Below are positions 28,311 to 34,951 of a DNA stretch of 64,000 nt, piece by piece (the first letter of the stretch is position 1; every line of letters starts with the position of its first letter). A program made the position numbers and the translations under genes. Source of the DNA: a virus. The stretch is taken from IMG/VR virus record IMGVR_UViG_3300037155_000096. One strand, written 5' to 3'. Below the pieces are notes generated by a model, which worked only from the letters and a program-made list of their open reading frames with translations, did not search any database and had not been told where the DNA came from.

Positions 28311-29426
28311 TTAGCTTAACCTCTTTTTCAGGTCTTCGAAGACCGCTATCAAATGTTTACAAACTTTCTTTTTCATTCCTGGGTTGGTCTTTAACGGTGG
28401 CTCCATGATCGAATTTACTATATGGCTTGCGTTGGTCTTCCATAAACTGTATTCATTTTCAAATGTGAAATTTTCGCAGTTGCAATGCAGTATTACATTC
28501 TGGCTGATCGTAGTTAATCCCTTAACATTCGGCAGAGGCTTTATATACTGTCTGTGAACGTGATGGTTACTTTCTGTAACCGTCTTATAAATTAACTTGC
28601 CAGCTTGGGTGATGTTCAGAAGTGTCGGTTTAATATCTTCCGCCCGCAGCTTAAAACGCCTGGGCGTTGTTTTCATTAACTGAGCTATACTTCTTTCTTC
28701 CATCATAGCTTGAATCAAGGACTCTACCAGTCCCCATTTACCGTCAGCATATTTCTGAAGATTCTTGAGCTTAATATCTTTCTGTTTCTTCAGACGTTCG
28801 CTCTGAATGGTCGTGATAAGCCCAGCAATCTTATATTTCAGATTCTTGACAGCTTCCTTATCGGAAGATGCTGTAGTCTCGATATAACCGTCTTTGTTGG
28901 GAGTCTCATCAGTGCGGACTGCATTAGTGAACGCTTTATACATGACTACTTCTTCCTCCACGGCATTCTTCTTCAGAATGTAAGTCATATACTCTATCCC
29001 CTTACTGGTATGCATTTCAGTTTTGTCCAGCTTGAAGCCTTCGTTCTCTGCGAACTTATCGATTAACGCTTTATAAAGCTTGGCTCTGGAGTTCTTGCCG
29101 CCCTCTTCATACTTCGCGATAATCCAGATCTCCTCAATGGTCTTCACCTTCTTCACATAATCTTTTGCGATCTGGATTACCGTGGATAGTATTCGGAATG
29201 CATCACCCTTTCCTGTAACTTCAGCCGAGCCCGCATCATCATCAAAATGAATTGCGAACGACTTACCGTTATCCCTGATTTTCGTTAAGACTTTGAATGG
29301 CTCTCTACCGTCCGGCTGGAAGGCGAGAGTACGAGTACCGTCTCCGGGCAGTAAATTCCCCAGATACTTGTAGGGCTTCGCAAGAACCTCTATCAACAGA
29401 TCTAATTCTGAACTCATCGTTAACAT
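28311..29426 (-). CDS. Composite hypothetical protein with C-terminal SWIM-like Zn finger
   Basis: LHCNCENF...NPGMKKKVCKHL (CxC...CxH); N-terminal TGKGDAFRILSTV...SRAKLY domain. Confidence 0.55.
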   Translation of the reverse strand: MLTMSSELDLLIEVLAKPYKYLGNLLPGDGTRTLAFQPDGREPFKVLTKIRDNGKSFAIHFDDDAGSAEVTGKGDAFRILSTVIQIAKDYVKKVKTIEEIWIIAKYEEGGKNSRAKLYKALIDKFAENEGFKLDKTEMHTSKGIEYMTYILKKNAVEEEVVMYKAFTNAVRTDETPNKDGYIETTASSDKEAVKNLKYKIAGLITTIQSERLKKQKDIKLKNLQKYADGKWGLVESLIQAMMEERSIAQLMKTTPRRFKLRAEDIKPTLLNITQAGKLIYKTVTESNHHVHRQYIKPLPNVKGLTTISQNVILHCNCENFTFENEYSLWKTNASHIVNSIMEPPLKTNPGMKKKVCKHLIAVFEDLKKRLS

Positions 29427-29520
29427 ATTTTATTTCACATAAAGTCATATCGTTGACATCCGTTCTTGCTTGCCTTATCCCATTCAAATCTTTACTTATA
29501 ATCACTGCATAATACGTGTC

Positions 29521-29534
29521 GTGTTATATAACAC
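29521..29534. promoter_or_regulatory. Perfect 14-bp palindrome GTGTTATATAACAC (candidate operator)
   Basis: Self-complementary; intergenic, downstream of the terminase locus. Confidence 0.45.
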
Positions 29535-29552
29535 CAATAACCGTTCCAAGAT

Positions 29553-29642
29553 TTACTTCGCTGGTACCGGCTCTGGTTTCTTTTCTAACTGCTGGATGAT
29601 TTCGTCCAGCTCTACAGTTAGGTCTTTCAGTTCAGTTGCCAT
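29553..29642 (-). CDS. Unannotated 29-aa microprotein MATELKDLTVELDEIIQQLEKKPEPVPAK
   Basis: Manual translation; strong SD AGGAG upstream; 10/15 identity to the 32828-32902 peptide. Confidence 0.65.
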   Translation of the reverse strand: MATELKDLTVELDEIIQQLEKKPEPVPAK

Positions 29643-29658
29643 AACATTTCTCCTTATT

Positions 29659-30822
29659 TTAATCTACTTGAACAAACCCATCAAAACCTGAATCGCCCTC
29701 ATCGTCAGCCTCCGCCGAAGCACTTATTCTTTCGCCCGGCTTACTTCTCGATGACTCCGAATAAAATGAAGTCCCTTCACCTGGGTATTTCGTCGCCAGC
29801 GTGAATACTACCGCAGCGATTGCGTCGCTTACATCCTTTGAATAATCATCGGGATGGTCGACTTTTCCCTTATATGCATTAAATTCTAATCTTCTTAATT
29901 CTTCCTGAGCCGGCTGATACGGGTACATTTTTAATCTGTCTTCATATAATGTTTGCTTCAATGTATCATAAGCCTTCATCGGACGGTCTACCGACACTAC
30001 TTCCGACTCGTATCCGCGGGCTTTGAACGCCTGGATGCTGTCCGCAGACTGGTACGAATCCATCGATATGTATCTTATGGGCATTCCCATTTCATGCAAA
30101 GCGTATATCAACTTCCTGATATCCTGGAAAATTATATCTTCTCCCATCCTTGGATGAATCCTTAACATCAGGTCGATTTGAATCAGCGGGCGTGTTTCCA
30201 CCGTTACTATCGGACCGACCTTTTTCCGGATCTCTTTGTATCCGTAAATGTGCCCTATTGCTAAACCCGTGGCATCTCCCCTCAATGAAGCGTCAATATG
30301 GACATGACGGGATGCCTCTGGGTGAAATCTTGGTACTCTTTCACCAAACTCGTTAATCTTAAATAATGCTTCTGTCAGGAACTTACCTCTGTCAGTCATA
30401 TCCCAGACTTCCTGAGTAAACGGATGCTGATAACTGTCATCGACTGCATCCATGATCTTCTTGCGGTTCCTTATGAACGGCGTAATAGCCACCGTACTTA
30501 CTCCGGCAAGATCTCTCAATGCTGTATCGGTATCTCTCATAAAATCATCATAGAAGTCCATGGGTACATCGATAATCTGAACTTCTTCCATACCCTCGTA
30601 TTCAGTGACATCTTCTCCATCTTCCAATACCTTAGAAGATAATACTGAATTACCGACCAGCACCTTAAACCTCTCAGGCATGAATATCTTAGCATCCTTA
30701 GCTCCCCACTGACTGTTATGGACTACTAATCCATTCGCCAGCGTGAAATTATGGCAACTGTCTTCCTCGATATCATAGACATCTTCATTACCATCAAATT
30801 CTATCTTTGCGATACGCTTCAT
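29659..30822 (-). CDS. terL: Terminase large subunit, C-terminal precursor (IntC + nuclease domain)
   Basis: First 36 aa are intein blocks F/G (VYDIE..CHNF...VVHN/S). RNase H-like HIDASLRGD, MDSYQS and DHPDDYSKDVSDA motifs follow. Confidence 0.9.
   Translation of the reverse strand: MKRIAKIEFDGNEDVYDIEEDSCHNFTLANGLVVHNSQWGAKDAKIFMPERFKVLVGNSVLSSKVLEDGEDVTEYEGMEEVQIIDVPMDFYDDFMRDTDTALRDLAGVSTVAITPFIRNRKKIMDAVDDSYQHPFTQEVWDMTDRGKFLTEALFKINEFGERVPRFHPEASRHVHIDASLRGDATGLAIGHIYGYKEIRKKVGPIVTVETRPLIQIDLMLRIHPRMGEDIIFQDIRKLIYALHEMGMPIRYISMDSYQSADSIQAFKARGYESEVVSVDRPMKAYDTLKQTLYEDRLKMYPYQPAQEELRRLEFNAYKGKVDHPDDYSKDVSDAIAAVVFTLATKYPGEGTSFYSESSRSKPGERISASAEADDEGDSGFDGFVQVD
30715..30822 (-). mobile_element. 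Split intein C-fragment (IntC, 36 aa, ends His-Asn; +1 Ser)
   Basis: MKRIAKIEFDGNEDVYDIEEDSCHNFTLANGLVVHN|SQW. Confidence 0.92.
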
Positions 30823-30823
30823 G

Positions 30824-31153
30824 TTATTTCAAGAATCCCGCTATTGCCTTGAGTTCTTTCGCAGAGAATATCCATTGCGATTGCTTGCCATTGAATTCCC
30901 CAATGAACCTGATACTGCCATCCTTTAATTTCTCCATGGTAGCATTGTCCAATACCAATACTTCTATAGTGCCGGCGTTCAACACTGGTTTCCCATCATC
31001 ACCAACGATAGTATCGCCCAGTTTCAATTTCGAATAAACTCCTTTCTCCGCCAATCTCTTTTCCTCCATAATCGAAGGGATCAAATCTTCCGGAACTTTC
31101 CCACCCAGTATTTCAAAATCTTCTGCCAGCGAACTTATTTTAACCTCTTTCAT
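30824..31153 (-). CDS. Hypothetical ORF nested between split-intein halves
   Basis: 109 aa; own SD (AGGAG); stop 1 nt before the IntC start. Confidence 0.65.
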   Translation of the reverse strand: MKEVKISSLAEDFEILGGKVPEDLIPSIMEEKRLAEKGVYSKLKLGDTIVGDDGKPVLNAGTIEVLVLDNATMEKLKDGSIRFIGEFNGKQSQWIFSAKELKAIAGFLK

Positions 31154-31162
31154 AACTTCTCC

Positions 31163-31654
31163 TTATGCTGCTTCTTTTTTAATAAATAACTTGTAATACG
31201 CCTTCAGATAGCCACCATACGTGCCTGTCGCTACCGCCAACTTGTTCATTTCGCTGTGGCTATACGTTATAACCTTGAAATAAACGTCCTTCTCAACTTC
31301 TCTTTTCAATACCAGCTCGCCCGTCACATCGAAATACTGACCTTTGTAGACGTTGAAAGCATGGTCAATCGGTATTCCGACTATATCTGCGAAGCCCTCG
31401 ACATATTCGACTCCCGATATGTGCGAAGCCACCTGATAAGCATTCTGGTAACACTGCTTCGCCTGGAACATTTTGATCAGCCTATAAACGTCATTGGCTA
31501 TTTCAGGGATCTTCTCTACCGAGACAACCTTCACCGCCTTCACTAATTTCGCCTGCCATGCATACAGATCTGAATCGCCAGTATAAAGTTTCGATATCAT
31601 TTCCAGATGGCTCTTGGGCGACTCTTCCGCTATATTAAAAGCTGAACAATTCAT
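31163..31654 (-). CDS. Transglutaminase/papain-like Cys-His-Asp protein nested between split-intein halves
   Basis: QCYQNA (C68), YVEG, HAFNV (H98), YFDVT (D109); start overlaps the IntN 3' end by 20 nt. Confidence 0.55.
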   Translation of the reverse strand: MNCSAFNIAEESPKSHLEMISKLYTGDSDLYAWQAKLVKAVKVVSVEKIPEIANDVYRLIKMFQAKQCYQNAYQVASHISGVEYVEGFADIVGIPIDHAFNVYKGQYFDVTGELVLKREVEKDVYFKVITYSHSEMNKLAVATGTYGGYLKAYYKLFIKKEAA

Positions 31655-32822
31655 CGCCCACCTTTAAGTTCTGAAGTTCCACATAAGTTAAATCGTTCAT
31701 AAGGAACGGATGCTCCTTCGTAGCTCTCACTACAGAGCCATCTTCCATCGTGATTTTATAAACAGGGACATTAACTCCTGTCCGCTGAGCTGAATGCCCT
31801 TTACCCAGAACGCCCTGACCCGTGGCTGGATCTACCGATACGGTCCTAAAATTCTCAACGCCGACTAAATCTTTAATAGCAATTATGCCCTTCAGCGGGA
31901 TCTTAATCGGAGTGTCGCCAGTTAAGCAATATTCTCTTACGAATACGTTGGGATCTTCTCTTGCCTCAGCAATTCTTCTTTCAGTAAAATCGGTCGTGGT
32001 TCTTTTGGATGAAACCAGAAACAATTTCCCTGGCATTTTTCCAAACTTGTTAAACCGGGACTTGATTCTACGACTTACCTGAGCATATAGTAACTCTGCA
32101 TTATCTACATGACCATGACGGGCATGTGAAGCCTTCATTTCCTTGCTCATAGCTCCCAAGAAGTTCGACTCATCCATGATTGCACCGATTGCGTTACTTC
32201 CTATACCTGCATTTGCCGTACTGGAAGCTGGAGTCGCCCATACGTTATTCGGGAATCTTATTTCCTTCTGAGTCAGTTTCGGTTTGAACTTCTCATTGAA
32301 ATACGGACTCATCGTGAGCATACCCTGAAGATCTTCGAAGATTACTTTACGAGCAGTCTGCTCTGACAATGAAATCGCCAGGAATGCTATCAGGGAATCA
32401 GGAGCCAATCCAAAAGACTTCTGCGGATTGCGTAAACAGCTCATCTCATAGAACACTCTGCAGGCAGCTATTTTAGCCATGTAGGTCTTGCCCCAGCCGA
32501 GTGAACCAGTTAAAATAACTTCATAATACTCTCCATTGAAGAGTTCTATCATGTCGTCAATTAGCTTCGGCCATAGATTATGCACCTTCCCGAAGTGGTA
32601 CGGATCTGTCAACCATGTTTCGATATCCACCATAGGTTCTTGGAACTCTAATTCGTTCATTAGTTCAAGTAACCCAGTTTTACCGCCGGTCATTTCAGCC
32701 ATAATAAGTTGCATCACTTCCATCTCTTCAGGTGAAAGTGACCTTACATCCCTCTTTAGAAGTTTCTGTACCTCCTCCGGAGTCTGTTTACTTATATTAC
32801 GACCATCAATGAGTTCTATCAT
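31635..32822 (-). CDS. terL: Terminase large subunit, N-terminal precursor (ATPase + IntN)
   Basis: Walker A TGSLGWGKT, Walker B IMDE, coupling motif LVSS; last 97 aa are intein blocks A/B. Confidence 0.9.
   Translation of the reverse strand: MIELIDGRNISKQTPEEVQKLLKRDVRSLSPEEMEVMQLIMAEMTGGKTGLLELMNELEFQEPMVDIETWLTDPYHFGKVHNLWPKLIDDMIELFNGEYYEVILTGSLGWGKTYMAKIAACRVFYEMSCLRNPQKSFGLAPDSLIAFLAISLSEQTARKVIFEDLQGMLTMSPYFNEKFKPKLTQKEIRFPNNVWATPASSTANAGIGSNAIGAIMDESNFLGAMSKEMKASHARHGHVDNAELLYAQVSRRIKSRFNKFGKMPGKLFLVSSKRTTTDFTERRIAEAREDPNVFVREYCLTGDTPIKIPLKGIIAIKDLVGVENFRTVSVDPATGQGVLGKGHSAQRTGVNVPVYKITMEDGSVVRATKEHPFLMNDLTYVELQNLKVGDELFSF
31638..31928 (-). mobile_element. Split intein N-fragment (IntN, 97 aa)
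   Basis: Y|CLTGDT block A; RATKEHPFL block B (TxxH); LKVGDEL end, then TAA. Confidence 0.92.
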
Positions 32823-32827
32823 TGGGA

Positions 32828-32902
32828 CTATTTCTTTTTATTAGTCGCGATTCTTTCAAGACTTTGAATAATCTCAGTCATTTCTTTTATTAGGTCTTTC
32901 AT
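32828..32902 (-). CDS. Unannotated 24-aa microprotein MKDLIKEMTEIIQSLERIATNKKK
   Basis: Manual translation; SD-like AAGGAAG upstream; homologous to 29553-29642. Confidence 0.65.
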   Translation of the reverse strand: MKDLIKEMTEIIQSLERIATNKKK

Positions 32903-32911
32903 AGTACTTCC

Positions 32912-33040
32912 TTATTTTATTAGTTCATTTAATGTCGAATAATGCGTTGCAATAGCTATCAGAATTAGAACCATCGAAAACAAACCGACAGCCCCAATCG
33001 TTGTTAGCCCAAACCCTATAACCCGTAAAGACTTGTTCAT
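32912..33040 (-). CDS. Small single-pass membrane protein (42 aa, MNKSLRVIGFG...)
   Basis: ATGA overlap with the upstream gene at 33037-33040; hydrophobic 25-aa stretch. Confidence 0.55.
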   Translation of the reverse strand: MNKSLRVIGFGLTTIGAVGLFSMVLILIAIATHYSTLNELIK

Positions 33041-33804
33041 TTCAGTAACACCATTTTGATTGCTGCCGTATGCTGATTTCCGTTTGCCCGCTTGGTCGTC
33101 ATTGCGAGGATATACACGCCGGCGTACCGACCGCGCCATTTGACCTCGTAACTGCCCTGTGTGCGCATTTCATCTGGGAATGACTCTATCTTACTCCCGA
33201 TGACATTATAGACCGTCAGTCTTACCTTACAGTCATAGGGGAGCGAATATCTGATCGTCGTCTCTTGATTAAATGGATTCGGGTAGTTCGACACGGTAAA
33301 TTCCTTGGGTAACATTGACACCACGATAATATTCGAATGCACCGAGCCACCATCGTTGTCCACCTGATTCAGGCGATAAGCAATAACCCCTGCCATGGAG
33401 AGCTTATCTGAGAACATATACTCTTTACCCTTATTGCTATTCCCTTGGGCCGCCACGAAGCCGATCTTCTCCCAGGGACTGCCCATCCAAAGTTTTCTTT
33501 CTATCTCAAATCCATGAAAATTTACTTCCGTCGCTGTCACCCACACAAGCTCAACGTAATTGTCTCTTAAAGTTTTCCCCTTAAAAGAGATCAGTTGCAC
33601 TGGTAGCGGCTCCTGATACTGATAAGCTCCAAGATCCGGATGATTATAAGGCACTGGATTTCCCAGTATATCCGTCTTAATCCGTTGTCCATTTACCTTT
33701 ACGGTATCGCCAGCACCTCTACATGGGCTATTCCACTGAAGCTGCTGCGAAAACATCTGGCACGACAAAACAACTATTAGCCATATCCATATCATCCTTT
33801 TCAT
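33037..33804 (-). CDS. T9SS (Por) C-terminal sorting-domain-containing protein, passenger-less
   Basis: Signal peptide; PDLGAYQY; PLPVQLISF; TATEVNFHGFEIER; YRLNQVDNDG; NYPNPFN.ETTIRYSLP; LTVYNVIG; GVY; KMVLLK end. Confidence 0.85.
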   Translation of the reverse strand: MKRMIWIWLIVVLSCQMFSQQLQWNSPCRGAGDTVKVNGQRIKTDILGNPVPYNHPDLGAYQYQEPLPVQLISFKGKTLRDNYVELVWVTATEVNFHGFEIERKLWMGSPWEKIGFVAAQGNSNKGKEYMFSDKLSMAGVIAYRLNQVDNDGGSVHSNIIVVSMLPKEFTVSNYPNPFNQETTIRYSLPYDCKVRLTVYNVIGSKIESFPDEMRTQGSYEVKWRGRYAGVYILAMTTKRANGNQHTAAIKMVLLK

Positions 33805-34583
33805 ACGCCTACGTTCTCCAATACTTCTTCATTCTTTTCTGTTACTTGCAATTCTATCATCGCCGGCTTTTCTTCTGCCTGGACTTCCGCAAGAAGACCT
33901 GCCACATCCCCAGCCCTTATGGACTTGAATAAACTCTCAGCCACTCCTAATACCTTGGAAACTGCTCTTGGATCGTTAAGCACTTTGGCTACCGAGTCTT
34001 TCCCATACTTCAAACCGAAATCGGTTATTAACTTTTTTCTTACTGCCGCTTCTTCACCCGGATTACCCTTGTTCACTCCCAGATCTCCCATTATCGCAGC
34101 AAGATCTCTTAACAGAGCTGCGGCTATCGCAATTTCATTTCCTGTTGTCTTAAACAACTTGTTTAATTTCTTTTCTGTACCGACATCAATATTGATACGC
34201 CCCTTCTGGATCGCATAAAGCTCCTGCATCTCAGCCATGATATCCAGACCTGCATCAATCTTCTCTTTTGCCTTGATTACTTCAGCCGGCATACGAATAG
34301 CCACCGTCTCCAGTGGCGTCAATGCTTTTCTGAACGAATTCAGGTGATCGATTAACTCTCCCTTAGCCATGCCCAGACCTGCATATTCCGCCGGGTAAGT
34401 AGTCTCGATGTAGTCAGCCACTCTTGTTGACGGCCAGCCCGCCTGTATTCTGGCTTTCAGCTCGGGGAAACACGTCAAAGTTTCCAGGGACGCCTGATGG
34501 CTCTCCGGTTTCTTCGCAGACGGTCTCCTGAACACTCCGTTAAAACTTGGCAATCCACTGCCTTCTGGGTTAATCTTTACCAT
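33801..34583 (-). CDS. Hypothetical helical protein, candidate terminase small subunit
   Basis: N-terminal HTH-like segment and helical middle, upstream of terL; positional inference only. Confidence 0.35.
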   Translation of the reverse strand: MVKINPEGSGLPSFNGVFRRPSAKKPESHQASLETLTCFPELKARIQAGWPSTRVADYIETTYPAEYAGLGMAKGELIDHLNSFRKALTPLETVAIRMPAEVIKAKEKIDAGLDIMAEMQELYAIQKGRINIDVGTEKKLNKLFKTTGNEIAIAAALLRDLAAIMGDLGVNKGNPGEEAAVRKKLITDFGLKYGKDSVAKVLNDPRAVSKVLGVAESLFKSIRAGDVAGLLAEVQAEEKPAMIELQVTEKNEEVLENVGV

Positions 34584-34591
34584 TGACTTAT

Positions 34592-34942
34592 TTATTCATC
34601 CCCGGTGGGTTCATCTTCGTCAAAGACTCCGCTTTTTTCCAAGTCATCTGCTAATTTCTGTTCATCAGCATCATGCCCCTGTCTTCTTTTGAAGTCGGCG
34701 AGGGAAGTACCTAATACATCCTGTGCTTTTTCGGGATCTACTACGTTGAATATGAGCATAGCCTGGCTCCTCGTATCATAGTAAGCAGCCAAATCCTCAA
34801 AACTTGTATATTCGGTATTCATCGGCTTAACCCCTTCATCGGTGTCGATGTAGTTCACGACGACGCCGTCCTGCAGTCTGAAATATTCACTGCACACCAC
34901 TTCGTTATCGCTATTAAAATACAAGAACGCTATTTTTTCCAT
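34592..34942 (-). CDS. Hypothetical protein
   Basis: 116-aa ORF with an acidic tail. Confidence 0.5.
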   Translation of the reverse strand: MEKIAFLYFNSDNEVVCSEYFRLQDGVVVNYIDTDEGVKPMNTEYTSFEDLAAYYDTRSQAMLIFNVVDPEKAQDVLGTSLADFKRRQGHDADEQKLADDLEKSGVFDEDEPTGDE

Positions 34943-34951
34943 AAACCAACC

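Noticed and set aside
29305-29505. 66-aa minus-strand ORF overlapping the SWIM gene
   Set aside because: Overlaps 28311-29426 by 122 nt in another frame and has no motif support.
30823-31634. terL split explained by stop-codon readthrough or genetic-code reassignment
   Set aside because: IntN ends in TAA, the halves are 812 nt apart and out of frame, and the spacer holds two complete ORFs. Other genes are intact under the standard code with all three stop codons used.
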